A stretch of DNA of 64,000 nucleotides, taken from Heterodontus francisci (Eukaryota). A model generated the notes under the pieces. That model did not search any database, was not told the origin of the DNA, and worked only from the letters and a program-made list of their open reading frames with translations. Shown in pieces: positions 35,900 to 49,777 of this stretch (position 1 is its first letter; every line of letters begins with the position of its first letter). The stretch is from assembly GCF_036365525.1 (NCBI RefSeq), contig NC_090403.1, positions 26,173,461-26,237,460 of the forward strand, in the 5' to 3' direction. Both the position numbers and the translations under genes were made by a program.

Positions 35900-37000
35900 T
35901 TCTGAACAAAAGCTAAATCCGCCCTGGATGTTGAAGGAGTATTCTCCTTCCTTAATGAGGAACAGTGTGCCAGATGTCTGCACTTCACTAAGGAGGTCCT
36001 CACTGCTACCTGCCACCTGCTGCAGCTGCAACTGCAACTGCAACCTCAAAGCAGTGCAAGGATAGCATTGCTAGTGACTGTGACCATGAACTTTTATGTG
36101 TGGGGCTCCTTCCAGTCTAGAGCAGGCGTCATTTGAAACATCTCCCAGTTTGCGATCCACTGTTGCATAAAGGATGTCACTGAGGCTCTGTATTCTAAGA
36201 GTGTTGAATAGAATTTCATTCTGTCTTGCCAGAGACAAGCAGGTATGTGAGCCTGCGGCTTCATGAGGATTGCAAGTTTCCCCATTGTGTGGGATGCCAT
36301 TGATTGCATGCCTATCGACTTACCTGGCAGCTCATGTCAACTCTGAAATGAATCGCAACTGAAAGGGATTTCATTCCCTCAATATCCAGCTGGTGTGCAA
36401 TCAGGCACAGTGTATCATGTAGCTCAATGCCTGGTATCCTGGCAGTATTCACGATGCCTTCATTCTGCAACAGTCCGTTGTGCCATCTGTGGTTGAGCCA
36501 TCAAAACAAACCAGAGGGTTGATACTTGATGACAAGGTATATCCTTTGACAACATGTTTTATGACTCCAATGTGCAACCTATGTACCCGTGGCCTGCATG
36601 CATACAAAAATGCCATTTTGCCCATGAAATGTGATAGAGCTGACCATTGGGGTGCAGTGTCAGAGAATCTTGGAGCATGTTTTCTCCTTTGTTGTGCCAT
36701 AATTTACTCTTCTTCTTACTCAAAGTCTCTTTCATAAATAGTTCCAGCACCTGCTCCAGCTATAATGCACCTCCCTTTAACAGGTAAAGGCTGGCTTTAA
36801 ATAGTGCAGACCAGCTTTAAGTGATGTTGGCCTTGCACAAACTAGGGTCCCCTGCTGACGCATGCAGCCACTCAACAGGGCATTTAGCATTGACTGCATG
36901 CAGCAATCATGAAAATTCGCAGGCAAGGAAGAAATGGGTGCAGGTTATTTGCACATCATGATCTCCACATCCATTTTTGGGGCTGTCCAATTTAGCCCCC
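35900..37000 (+). mobile_element. Decayed PIF/Harbinger transposon with DDE transposase remnant
   Basis: Fragments read GSFQ, FP-V--AIDC, KGFHSLNIQLVC, YPGSIHDAFIL and ILDDKVYPL---MTP with stops and frameshifts; TIR-like aatttagcccc near 36990. Confidence 0.85.
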
Positions 37001-37839
37001 TGCAGCATCCAATGATCATGGAATGTCTGAAGCATATTACTGCAGGCTTCCTCTCCGAGGCCACTTGGGCAAGGTCAACACCATGAAGGAGAAGCAGACA
37101 TCCTGAACAATGTTTCTGGGGTGGGCCACTTTCATCTTGGACTTTTGAATTGAAGCCTGTTGCATCTGGTATTTCCAGGAGATCTGCAGGCAAGTACAAA
37201 CCATATCTGACCTAGATTGTGCATTTGAGAAAGAAGAGACTTTGTCTCCTCTTGTTTATGGCTGTTATTTCAGTATATAGAGATGAAACAATAAAGGCAA
37301 TGGTGGGTGAATGAGCAGTCATGCACTCTACGAAACAAATCAACATTGTTTCTGTTGCTGTCTCCAGATATGTTGCCAGACCTGCTGAGTATTTCCAACA
37401 TTTTCTGCTTTTATATCAGATTTCCAGCATTTGCAGCATTTTGCTTTTGTAAATCAATAGTGATATCATGCTAAGTCTGGTAACGACATGAAAAGAGAAG
37501 AAAATTGAAGAGAATTTCATGCAACATACTTTGCTGGAATAGGAAACTGAAAGTTCTGTGGTGAAGAAAAAAATTAGTATCAGAATTTCAGTAATGAAGG
37601 CTTTGTCACAGTGAGACAGGAAATTGTGGCTGACTTATGAGAACCACTAACCTACCAAGTCTGAATTAATGGCAGTTGTGTGGATACCAGTACACAGCTG
37701 CATCCTTTTCTGCTACAAAAGCAGAGCAGGAATGATGAAGTGAGGAAGACCTGGTCCCCATAAGCAACTTATATGAAAGCTGTTAAACATTGAAATTAAT
37801 TTAGTAACAACAATTTATATCAGGAAAAACTGAATACAC

Positions 37840-38215
37840 TTTCCTTTAGAAAAGACAAGATTGAGGGGTGATGTCTTTAGATATTATAAAAAGGTTTGAT
37901 AGGGTAGGCTTAGGGAAAATGTTTCTACTTGTGTTGGAGCCCAACACAACAAGCCATAAATATAAGACAGTCACTAATAAATTGAATAGGGAATTTAAGA
38001 GGAACTTCTTTAGGTTAGGAAGTGGATCTCAATAACACATGGAGTAGTTAAGGTGAATAGCATAGATGCATTTAAGAGAAAGTTTGATAAATACATGAGG
38101 GAGAATGGAGTATATGTTATACTGTTAGGATTAGATAAAGAGCAGTGGGAGGAGGTTTGTGTGGAGCATAAACACCAGTGTAGACCACTTGGGCTGAATG
38201 GCCAGTTTCTATGAT
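37840..38215 (+). mobile_element. CR1 3' fragment
   Basis: agattgaggggtgat...gggaatttaagaggaacttctt...gggctgaatggcc. Confidence 0.7.
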
Positions 38216-38514
38216 ACAATATCAGTGATGTGGATCTAGCTAACTGGAGTCAAAGTGCACTAACAAAAGTAACATTAGCAGAAGAAATGGTGAGGCGGAA
38301 ATTTACTCACAGTTCAGAAAAATTTTCAAGTAGTTTCAAGCAGCTATAAAATAAAACTTTGAATGGAAAATTTTGGTTCAGTGGAATTTCTGCCAGTTTC
38401 GATTTCCTATTTCCTAAACAATCACAAATTAAATTAATTATTTGGTGATTCAGGAAATTCAGTCCATCATAGGCCCAACGTCTTCACTCACGATAACATC
38501 AGTGTTATAGCAAC

Positions 38515-38990
38515 AACAACTGGTATTTATATAGTAACTTTAAACTTAATAAAACATGCCAAGGTGCTTCACAAGAGCAATATAAAACAAAATTTGACAC
38601 CAAGACACATAATGAGATATTAGGGAAGATGACCAAAAGCTTGGTCAAAGAGGTAATTTTTGAGCAGCATCTTAAAGGAGGAAAGATAGGTAGAGAGATG
38701 GAAAGGTTTTGCCGGGAATTCCAGAGCTGGCACCTTGGTAACTGGAGGCATACCCACCAATGGTGAAGCAATTAAAATCAGGGATGCGCAAGAGATCAGA
38801 ATTAGAGGAGCACAGATATCTCAGAGGGTTGTGGGGCTGTGAAGGGATTTGAAAACAAGGCTGATAATTTTAAAATTGAGATCTTGTTTAACTGGATGCC
38901 AATGTAGGTCAGCGAGCAGAGGGGTGATGGGTGAATGTAAATTCGTGTGAGTTAGGACAAAAACAGCAGAGCTTTGGATGACCTGAAGCT
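38515..38990 (-). mobile_element. L2-like LINE 3' fragment
   Basis: Plus strand reads gaccaaaagcttggtcaaagagg...ttttgagcagcatcttaaagg...gaattccagag; similar pieces at ~43100-43280 and ~61700-61890. Confidence 0.6.
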
Positions 38991-39599
38991 GACAAAGAAT
39001 GTGGGAGCTGGCCAGGACACTGAGGCTGTGACATTAGTAAAAGAACTGGATGTCTATTCTTTAAAAAAGCATATAAAAGAATAATGGAAAAAATGGGGAT
39101 ATAGTGTTAATCAGCTGCAATTGAAGTGCAAAAGCAATGGGTTGAGTGGTATCCTTCTGAACTGCAACTTCAATGGTTCAGTGATTTAATCAGCAGCCAG
39201 GTTCAAGCCATCAACTGTTCAATATCATCTATGCCATGAGGGAGAGGCAGGGTGGGAATTGAGCAGTGCGAGACTATATTTTAGATGTGGATTCACAGTC
39301 ATTGCAGAAACCCGAATCCAGGCAGGTTTCAGTTATGTCGTATATTTCAGTTATTACCAAGTGGAAACTGTTACCCAATGAAGTAAAATGCACAGTATAG
39401 CTACAAGTATAGCTAGATTCACTTCATAAGTGGCTTAAAAAATCCATTTACTTAAAAATACAGAACAGCCTGCACCGGGAAGACAACTGAGACCGGCACT
39501 GATCAAGCCATTTCAACCTCATAGCTAGTTAAGTAAAATATTATTTTAATTATTATGCATGTAGTAATAAGAGTTGATCAGTACTATGATTTATCTGAC

Positions 39600-40205
39600 A
39601 CAACATCTTAGCATCCTGCAGCACAACATGAAGCATTAGATCCCTTGTGCCTTGCTGGCTCTTTGAAACAGCTATTGAGTTGTTCTCACTCTCCTGGTCT
39701 TTCTCCATAGCCCTTCAAATTTTCATTTTCAAGTATATATCTAATTTCCTTTTGAAAGTTACTATTGAAACCGCTTCCAACAGCCTTTCAGACAGTGCAT
39801 GCCAGATTGTTACAACTCACTAGTTAAAAAAAAGTATTCGCCTCATCTCCTCCCTAGTTCTTTTGCTAATTATATTAAATCTGTGTCATCTGGATACTAA
39901 CTCTCCTGCCAGGTGAAATACGTTCTCATTGCCTCAATCAAAACCCCTCAGAATTTTAAACGCCTCTATTAGATCTCCCTTTAATCATCTATACTCTAAC
40001 AAAAACAAATCTTAGCTTCTCTTTTCTCTCCACTTAACTGAAGTCCCTCATCCCTGGTATCATTCTGGTAAATCTCCTCTGCAAACTCTCCAAGACCTTG
40101 ACATTCTTCTTAAAATACAGTTCCTGGAACTGTACAATATTCCAGTTGAGGCCTACCAGTAGTTGATAAAGGTTTAGCATAACTTCCTCGCTTTTGTATT
40201 CTATG
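39600..40205 (-). mobile_element. CR1 3' fragment
   Basis: ORF 40034-40237 IEYKSEEVMLNLY...LESLQRRFTRMIPGMRDFS. Confidence 0.85.
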
Positions 40206-40819
40206 GGGGTTGTTATGGTGAAAGGATGAAAATGCATTGTCAGTGCTGTGTTAATAAGACATGCCTGCTTGAAAGTCCAATTTTAGCACACAGTTTTGGG
40301 GCTGACTGATGATTACCAGGATTTAAATATGCCTGCATGTGCTAAAACAAACTTCTGTAGGTTTAGCATTCAGGTGCTGATTAGAAAAAATTGTCATGGA
40401 GCATTTTTGAAGGAGTGAAGAGGAGTGTGCTGATTGACACACAGCGGTAGGTTTCAGGATAGCTCAGGGACCGAGGGAGAGAGTGCACGGATTCTTGGAT
40501 GCAGTACTGGAAGTCCCGTCGGAGGAGGTCCAGAGAAGGAGGGATGTCCTGTACTCGCAGGGAGGAAGAGTGCCGGCTCAGCCTCCTCTCTCCTGCAGCA
40601 GCTAGCGTTGCTCTGCCTGGCCTTCTCCCATTCCAGCTGTAGATTATGTGGGACCACGAGAAAGATAACGATACCAAACACTCCCTTTCTCCTGGTAAAA
40701 AAAAACTCCATAGGCCATCCAAATAAGGTAGAGTAACACAGCACTTACTCTTTTTCGGTGAAGGCCTCAGAGAATTTCTGGAATATATGTTGACAGAGTA
40801 TTGGTAAAGTTATGACAAT

Positions 40820-41576
40820 GGGACAAAATTTATGGTCCCACTGCCGAAATCAGCGGCAGGCGAAAACAATGAGCGGGCCGCTAGTCACGGAGCCACTGCG
40901 ATATTAAACACTCATTTAAATAGCTGGGGTGGATCGCCCACCGCCATGTCGAGGCACGGATGCCATTTTGAAAGGCTTCAAGCCCTGCCGTTCAATTTAA
41001 ATGTTTAAAGAAACATTGATTTTAAAAATGTAAATAAATTTATCGTGCCCCTCTCCTATCCCGCCAATAACAGCAGAATTAATTACTTACCCTCTCCTCC
41101 TCCAAAACACTTACCTTATCCACCTGACCTTGCCCGCCCCAACAAAACGCATAAACTTTACATTATAACCCTTTCCACCATCCCCTAAACCAATGGTAGG
41201 ACTTTGACCCCGCTTCTCCCCCTCCCAACTGAAAAACTTACTTGCTCCCCCCTCCCCACCAAAGGTCCACCTCGGTTCCCCGGACTGGGATCCAAAGGCA
41301 CGGGAGTTCCGGCCACTGGCACAAATATCACACTGGGACAGATGGCAGGAGTGTAAAGGTAATTAATTTGTTTCTTGAAATTAATTTACATATTTAAATT
41401 GGGCTCCTGTCACCAAGCAGCAGGGGACCGCCATGAAGCCTCGTCGTGCCGGCAATATCAAGCCGGGCCTTCCAGGCATTGAGGTCCATGGCAAGTCTCT
41501 CCCAGAGGCGTTTTCCAGCTCCCCCCCACCCCCAACCCAGGTATCAGGGGTCTGTAAAATTCAGCCCATTCAGCCC
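40820..41576. mobile_element. Harbinger-type MITE
   Basis: Ends GGGACAAAATTTA ... TAAAATTCAGCCC(ATTCAGCCC); AAT on both sides; internal similarity to 50420-51236. Confidence 0.7.
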
Positions 41577-42320
41577 AATGTGTCCCAGAAAATCTTCCGA
41601 TGTGTTTCAAATCTTCTCTTCAAACATCCAGCAGTGAGTGAACAGGAAAAGGTGAGGTTTTTTTTGTAAAAGTCCAGGCGAAATCAGCATAACTAGCCCA
41701 AATGATTACAGAAATTTAGGTACAATGATCTCTCAGTGCAGCTCGAATTTCCATGACCTTTGCGCGAATTTTCAAAACATCATGCTGGAAGCAGGCCCCA
41801 CCCACAATATTTGCCACATCCCGAAAAATTAATCACCATTGGGAATTTCCACAAACTGCACTGGTTCACAGGCCTTCAGGGAGGCTTTAAAAATTAAGCT
41901 GCTTCTTGTGGGCGCAAGCGCACTAAAAGTAACATTTAAAAACTTTTAAATGTGATTTTTAAAAAATGACTAAGCAACTGTCTAATGTACTCATATAACG
42001 AGAAAATAGTTTTAATTAAAAAAAATGAATTTCAGGAATTTAAAATCGAGCTACTCAAAGGTGGTGAATTAACACTGCTTAAAAATACTTATTTTTTGTA
42101 ATATTTCCAGCCGTTCTATTCAAACTTCCCCAAGTTACCACTTTTAAATAGATAAAAGAATTTTTTTTTAAGGCAATTAAAAAAAAAGTACTGTTTAAAA
42201 CGCTGCCCAATTGTGCTCATTCCTGGCAGATTTTGCATTCGATGATGCACAAATGAATTTAAATGGAATTTAAGGGGGGAAAAAGGACACTTTTCAAAAA
42301 GTGTATAATTTGCGCTGGGA

Positions 42321-42684
42321 GGGCTGGATTTGGTTCGGCTAGCTGGAGAGAGCATAAGAACTTCCAACAGCAGCCGCAGCAGTGGTGGATGTGGATCCAG
42401 CAGTTTGAAGTGCAGCAGCAGCGGGATGGTGGAGGGGGGTCCAGAAGTTAGCAAGAACATCAGAGGGATCTGGCAGCACTCCAGATTCACTGCCTCACGG
42501 AAAGGCAGCAGTACAAGGAGGGCTGGCAGTGCTTTGAAGCTGGTGCCTGCAGCTGCATTGCAGCCATCTGATTCTGCCATCAGTGCCTTGGAGCCCACCT
42601 CCGGCCGTGTGTGTCACATGCGGTGACAGCACCCACTTCGGGTGCCACCGCCAGGACCTGCGACAGGCTGACAAAATTCAGCCC
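42321..42684. mobile_element. Short MITE with GGGCTG(G/A)ATTT termini
   Basis: GGGCTGGATTT at 42321 and AAAATTCAGCCC ending 42684; no clean TSD. Confidence 0.55.
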
Positions 42685-43399
42685 AAAGTGTCAATTGTGC
42701 CCAAAGCAGAAACTCTACCCTGATATACCTTTAAGTAGCGCTTAAAATCCTCTCCAATGGTATGTTTACCCCCAATCAGCTGCTCACGGTCAGGAAAGGA
42801 CATTAGAGGTCAAGTTATTCACTAAAATGTCATGTTGTCTCATTACTGAGCAAAATCAAGCAATGTAACTGGTAATCAGTTCCTTAAAGTTCCCTGGGGA
42901 GCTGTTCCCAGCACAAGCTTCAATTCCTTTACCAAGATGGTGCCTTGCACTAAACATGGCTAAACAGGTGTTTCAGCTGAATCTTGGCCACTTTGGAGGC
43001 TCTTTGGCACCTAAAGTATCCAGGAAAAATGGCACATTATGCATGTATTATTAAAGGGCAGGATTTCACAATCATTTTTTAAAAACTGTTTTATCAACTT
43101 GTCCCGCCACCTTAAGCATCTCAAGCATACTTCACAGGAGCGTTATCAATGAAAATTTGACAACGGAGATATTAGGACAGGTGACCAAGCTCGGTCAGAG
43201 AGATAGGTTTTAAAGGGTATCTTAAAAGGAGAGAGCGAGGTGGAGAGACGGAAAGGTTTAGGCTGGAAATCCCAAGCTTTGCACTTCTCTGTATTAAATT
43301 CCAACTGCCATTTGTCCACCCATTTCACCAGATACAAACAAAAGACACAAATGCCGTTCTAAAAATGAAAACCACTTCATAAAACTGATTAAAGTGAAA

Positions 43400-44829
43400 A
43401 ATATTTATTGCTTCACTGTATTTTCGAACAAATCTGTTTTGAATAAATATGGTCTATCAAATTATACAACAAATTATACATATATGCATACACAATGAGC
43501 ACGTCTATCCCACACTAAACATTTTCATTACAGAATGAATAGATTTAAATGGGGTGAAATGTACTGTCGGTCATCGCAGAGTAAAATACCAATTGTCCTA
43601 TCATGTCTTTGAGGAACATCTCCAGATCGCTGAAGTATGTGTGAAAGGCGGCGTTTCTTCTCCGAATGAACTCTGATCCCACTTTCCTGACACATGTTTT
43701 CAGGTCTCTGAGCTGCCCGTCCAGGAGAAGTCGGAACTCTTTCACCTTGTCCCGGGGCTATGTGACTGAGCCCAGGTTCATGCTGTAGATCTTGATGATA
43801 TGAAGTAGACTGTGACGGATAATTTCGATCTTGTCCGACTTCTGTACAAAATACACACAATGACATTAGAGGGAACATTTTCCCATTTAACCTCACCGGA
43901 TGGAACAAAACTCAAAAAACCTCATGTTTTAAAAGTCATCTATAGATATGGATGATCAGCCATGATCATAATGAATGGCGGAGCAGGCTCGAAGGGCCGA
44001 ATGGTCTACTCCTGCTCCTATTTTCTATGTTTCTGTAATGGTGTGCCTTAAAAAAAAAAGCGGCCTAGTGATTGCTGCTGCCAATACTACTGGGTTAACA
44101 CTTCATTCAAGTAGACAAACCATTTTGCAGTTTTGGTCTGTCCACTAAAGTTCCAACAGTAGATTTTCATTGTTATAAAAATGAACAAAATAGCGCGTTC
44201 CTACTTAAAATATTTATTTTACTTTTATGTTGGTGATGTGGTTATAATTCTCACAGTTATTATTTTCATTCTTCTGTCAACATTAGCAGAATGATGAGAT
44301 AGTACACAAAATTCACACTCACCGTTAGGTCTTTGGTGAGCTGGAGCAAGTTCAACGCCTCGGTTTTCAATAATGTCCTTGTTTGTAGATAATGGAATGG
44401 AAAAGGCCTCCCTGCAATGGGAGAGAGTGATCGCCATGCTTCACAACCGCAATTATTCGCAAAAATGTTTCCCTTTAAACCACTACAGTCATTCATTGCT
44501 ACAGAACAATTTGTTTAAAGATTTTAACTAGCTAAATCAGTCATTCTTTAAACAGAGCATTGCGCGGCTTCTATACCATTCCTTCGTTATTTGAACCCAA
44601 CAATGTGAATTCCTCCAAGGAAATATTCCACATCGTTTTGTAATAAAATTAATGCAATCTCGTTATTTATCCCGAAAAGCTGATGGCTGAGATTGGTTAC
44701 TATCATTCCCGGATCTCTGAATAAAGTCACCATTTGACTCAGGATATTTCGACTACGTTGGTTTCCTCTGAGGGTCCTGGGCAACAAGACATACAGAATT
44801 CATAGTCTCCAGACACTGGGAAAAATCCT
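43400..44829 (-). pseudogene. Type I interferon pseudogene, subfamily B (psiB)
   Basis: Exon 1 44829-44731 (ATG>AGG, TGG>TGA at 44800-44802, internal deletion); exon 2 44411-44323 (89 nt, frameshift, Cys>Tyr); exon 3 43841-43602 (TGG>TAG at 43758-43760, donor gt>at); exon 4 deleted; distal 3' UTR and AATAAA retained at 43404-43409. Confidence 0.93.
43948..44034 (+). mobile_element. Short CR1 3' end inserted in psiB intron 2
   Basis: gatcagccatgatc...ggcggagcaggctcgaagggccgaatgg-ctactcctgctcctatt-tctatgtt. Confidence 0.75.
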
Positions 44830-45015
44830 TTTCAACCAACACAGAGTAAAGCCGCGATCTGAAATCTCAGAAACGAATTGGATCGGGCTTCAGCTCCGAA
44901 AAGAATATCAACACGAGCTCAACTCCTTCACTGTTGGACTGAAAGGAATATTCCTGCTCAGTGAGATTAACCCATTTTAAGGTGGACGCCAGGATATTCC
45001 TTTGACGTTACAAAA

Positions 45016-45500
45016 GTACATAATTGCTCTGGAGAGAGTACAGAGGAGATTTACAAGAATGTTGCCAGAACTTGAAAGTTGCAGCTATGAAGAAAGACTG
45101 GATAGGCTAGGATTGTTTTCCTTAGAACAGAGGAGTCTGAGGAGTGACTTAATTGAGGTGTACAAAATTATGAGGGGCTTGTTTCCCCTAGCAGAGAGGT
45201 CAATTACCAGGTGCACAGATTTAAGGTGATTGGTACAAGGATTAGAGGGGCCATGTGGAAAAAGTTTTTCACCCAGAGAGTGGTGGGTGTCTGGAATTCA
45301 CTGCCAGGAATGGTGGTGGAGGCAGAAACCCTCAATTATTTTAAAAGGTACCTGGACATGCACCTGAAGTGCTGTAACTTGCAAGGCCAAGAACCAAGTG
45401 CTGGAAGGTGGAAATAGATTGGGGTGGCTAGTTTTTTTGGCCAGCACAGACACGATGGGTTGAATGGCCTCCTTCTGTGCTGTAATTGTTCTATGGTTCT
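45016..45500 (+). mobile_element. CR1 3' fragment inserted in the psiB promoter
   Basis: IIALERVQRRFTRMLPEL...LGLFSLEQRSLRSDLIEVYKIM; promoter homology resumes on both sides. Confidence 0.9.
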
Positions 45501-46394
45501 AAAAACAAATTGATTTTGCTTTTAATCACAGTGTTTTCAGGGAATCTTTTAACTTCTTTCTGAAGTGAAACCTTTCACTTTCTGTTTAATTAAAAGAGAA
45601 AATTGCCTCTAATAAATGAAGATAGAAAAATATTCTTTGATATTAAATACAGGGCAGAGGGTTTCTAGATTTCACAACGGTTGTTCCTCAAGTCCCAGGG
45701 CTTTAAAAATCCAGTTAATAAAATTATTGCTTTATATATTTTTAGGATACAAAAATGTGGGAGCATTTTACATCAGAAACTACTCAGGACACTTTGTAAG
45801 GATCCTATGGCACTGTCTGAAGAACAGCAAAGGAGCTCTGGCCAATATTTATTCTTCAATAAAATTAATTATCTGGTCATTTATCTCATTGCAGTTTGTG
45901 GGACCATGCTGTGTGCAATTTGACTGCTGCATTTCCATTCATTTAAAAAGGACTTAATTCATTGCAACTCACCTTCGGGTACTCTGAGGTTGTGAAAGGT
46001 ACTATACAAATGTAAGTTCTTCTCTGCTTCTTCTATAAACCCACCTTTGCAATAAATTGGGTGTAATCATATCACAGAAAAAATATCCATATGACATTCC
46101 TCCATGTATATTTCTGTAAGTTTCCTTCAAAATTATTAGTAGGTGGGACAAAGAGCAACAGAACAAAGAAAGAGCAGGAATTGCTGAAGATAAAAGCAAA
46201 TGGCTGGAATGCATGTGTGTTAATGTTAGCAGTGTTGTAAATAAGGTTGACAAATTACAAACGCAAATTGGCGAGAAGTGAGACCTGGTTTAAACATGGG
46301 TAGAAATGGGAACGAAGCATTCCTGGCTGCAATGTATTCAAGGGGTGATAGGGAAGGAAAAATAACAGGGGATGTGGGTTTGGTAGTATTGGTC

Positions 46395-47725
46395 TGTGAA
46401 AGAATCCAGCCATAAGGCAGGGTTATAAGGTTAAATGAGTTATTTTCCTATGAATGAAGGATTTAAAAAAAAAGAAAGGGCTCATCTTCCTAAATGGTTA
46501 AAAAGCTCATCTCTATCATACTAAATGAACATGCCTCTGTGTTAAAAAAAAACTTGCCTCATCTCAGAAACATAAAGGCAGCTTCTGATAAGGAGAATTC
46601 ACTCTCTAATATCACAAACCTCACCATACGATAAAACATTGATAACATAATGTTGCAAACTGTACCAAAAACTACCACAGCTGATAAGATGGTTTAATGC
46701 TGATAGTCCTAAACAATAGTCAACTGAATTTTTGACAATTCTAACCAAACCCAAAAACTGAATTATAATCTTGGAACACAGTTTGATGACTAATGAAAAA
46801 TCAACCATCACAAAGCTCGCAGTTTGGCTTTTTTTTTATAGAAACCAAAGAGGCTGGGACCTTACTGAGAAATTAATAGTTATACAACCTTTCTTGGGAA
46901 TCAAAGAGGATGAACCTTACCTAGAAATCAACGGTTATACAGCCTTTTTTGGGAAATAAAGGGGGATGAACTTACTTACAGTTGAGGTAACATCTCCCAC
47001 ATGTAAGAAATTAGTTATGCAACTTGAAAAACAGTATAAATACTGGATGCACACATTGGATTTTTAGATTTGTTGGACTCTCTCCAACATCTCTCGTTGT
47101 AAAGGTACAACTGTTGGACTGAGGCGATGTTGTTTTCCTTTTAGCTTGACAGAGGTATCTTGCTAACCCTGTTGTCTTCTACTCAGGGATTTAAGGTAAA
47201 TGTTAATTTAATAATTGATAGATATCCTATTTAAATATTTTACTGTAACAATATATGGATTGAAAAATTGGATTCTCTGCTAGAAACAAGATTGTATTTT
47301 CTATTTTTTCATAAAACTATTAATGTTGTGATTGACTGTCTCATCAACTGTGAATTGCATGTTCGGTTCTTTAATAAACTTTTATACAAAGTAGAATTTT
47401 TATTGTCTCACATAGTCTTCTGTATCACTAACTCATGATCCCATCTCCTTACACTCTTTGGTGGGGAGATACATTACTGAGGAGCATTTCAAAAGCCCTC
47501 AATATATCTGGATTATTATAAATCTGGCTGAAACTTGTTAAAAAAGGCTATCTGGAGGACAGTAATATTCTCAGCTTCCTTTAGGGAGAGTTAGATCAGT
47601 CCTTAAGACCCATTCAAGTGTCTTTGAGATCTGTCTTTCTCAACCTTAAGTTGAGAATGATCATCTGAGAAGTATGCCTGATCCAGGATAGCTCCAGAAA
47701 AGGGCTAGGATTATAATCCATTAGA
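46395..47725. mobile_element. Unclassified insertion in CR1, possibly a solo LTR
   Basis: Interrupts the CR1 endonuclease region; starts TG; AATAAA at ~47373; flanks ggtc/gatc only imperfectly duplicated. Confidence 0.35.
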
Positions 47726-48978
47726 TCAAGATAACATGACAGTTCTTCAGAGGGACAATATACTACAGGATTCAAAGACTGAATCTATTTGTTTAGATCT
47801 AAGGAACAGAACATGCTGAATTGCTGAAAGTTTACCATAGACCCCCAATAGTGAGAAGGAGAAAGAAGAGAAAATTTGTTGCTAATTTTTGGAGAAATGT
47901 CAAAATAATGAAGAAGTAATAGCTGTGGGTTTCAATTAATCTAATATAGACTGGGGATAAACAGAGAAAAGGACAAGGAGGATGAAGAATTCTTAAAATG
48001 TGTACAGGAGAATTTTCTTAATCAGCATGTTTCTAGCTCCTTGAGGAAGAATGCATTACTGGATCTAGTTCTGGGAAATGAAGTAGGGCAAGTGGATTGT
48101 GTTTCAGTGGGAGAACATCTGGGTATTAATGATCATAATATAATTAGTTTTAAAGTAGTTATGGAAAGTGACAAAGAAAAATTAAAGATAAAAATACCTT
48201 ACTGGAAGAGAACTAATTTCAGTAATTTGAGAAGGGGACTAGCACAGGTGGACAGAAAACATATTATTGAAGAAAGTAGTAAATGAGCAATGACATACAT
48301 TCAAGATGGTGGTAGCTTGGATACAAGCCAAGCATATTCCCATAAGGAGGAAGGATGGGGCATCCAATGCTACAGCCTCCTGGATGACCAAGGAAATACA
48401 GGTTAAAATAAAACAGACAGAGGAGGTTTATGATAAATTTCAGTTACAGAATACAATCAAAAACAAGGCAGAATGCACAGGAATGAAGTGCAGGGAAAAA
48501 TTGAGAAAGGATTTAACAGGGGTCAATGTAGAAAAGATTAGTGGGTAACAAAAGGGAACCAAATTTATAAACATATAAAATGTAAAGGGATGGTTAAAGG
48601 AACTGTGAGACAGATTAGGAACAAAAAAGGAAAGCTTCTCATGAATGCAGAGAACATGATTGAAGTACTGATTGAGTGCTTTGTGTCTATCTTCAGGCTT
48701 AAATTAATGCCACAGTAGAGGAGGGGTGAGCAAAGATATTGGAAAGGATAAAAATAGATAGAAAGGTGTACAAAAATAGAGTGAAATCACTCAAAGTTTA
48801 AACGGCACCCAGTCCAGAAAGGATGCAACCTAAATTGATGACCGAAGCTCAGGTGGATATAGCAAAAGCTCTGACCACAATCTTTCACTCTGCCCTAGAT
48901 ATGGGAGAGATGGTTGAGGATCAGAGGATTGCAAATGTTACACCCCTGTTCAAAGAATGGGAGAGAGATAAACCTGGT

Positions 48979-49597
48979 TGTTAGCAGGAATGAATCTAGA
49001 AGAATCACTCGACACTCAGGTCTGTTCCAATGTCAAACAGTTTATTGAGTTACGCCAGCGGGGAGCAGGTCACTGGGCTGTCCAGATGCCTCTCCACTGA
49101 ACAAAGGAAAATCCACAACAGATATACAGTTACTCAGCCCATCCCGGCTGGACATAATCCAATTATAACGGTTATTGATTACATATATTACATTAATTAT
49201 TAATAAAATTATTAATTATGCATCATGTGGTTGTGGGGATAGTTCATGGTACGCCCCTGACCATCTCAGCTTGTTTACCAAAACCCCTTATCAAATATCC
49301 TTGAGTCTTCACAATGAATCCTTCTACCTCTATCAGGCCTGCATTCCTAGTTGCTTTGTGTAGTCCGCAATTAGACAGAGCAACTGACTTTTGCACTGAT
49401 ATGGGGGGCCCTCTTTGGTCAGTGTAATTGCATGTGCTAAGCAGTACCATGCTCAAGGCTGCAAACTAACTTGTCCAACAATGTCTGGAGTAAATACTCC
49501 ATTTTGTAACAATATATGGCTACACTTACATCTTATATATATATATATATGTGTGTGTATTTATTTAGCTGCATCGGCCACAATTTTTCCCTCTACA
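48979..49597 (-). mobile_element. Probable solo LTR
   Basis: TGTTAG...CTACA termini interrupting the CR1 RT; minus-strand AATAAA at ~49042; no clean TSD. Confidence 0.5.
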
Positions 49598-49777
49598 ACA
49601 GTTAATGTGGGAAAACTACTGGAGATCATTGTCAAGGGAAAAATTAATTCTCACTTAGAGAAGCGTGGGTTAATATGAAAGGCCCGGTACAGGTTTGAAT
49701 GGATGTTTTTCTGATTGGAGAAGCTATGCAGTGGGGTTCCCCCTGTGGCCAGTATAGGAATATTGCTTTTGTGATAG

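Noticed and set aside
35900-36700. Host gene HARBI1
   Set aside because: Multiple stops and frameshifts and a TIR-like end indicate a dead transposon.
42116-42626. Overlapping 160-aa and 98-aa ORFs
   Set aside because: Low-complexity GC-rich MITE sequence.
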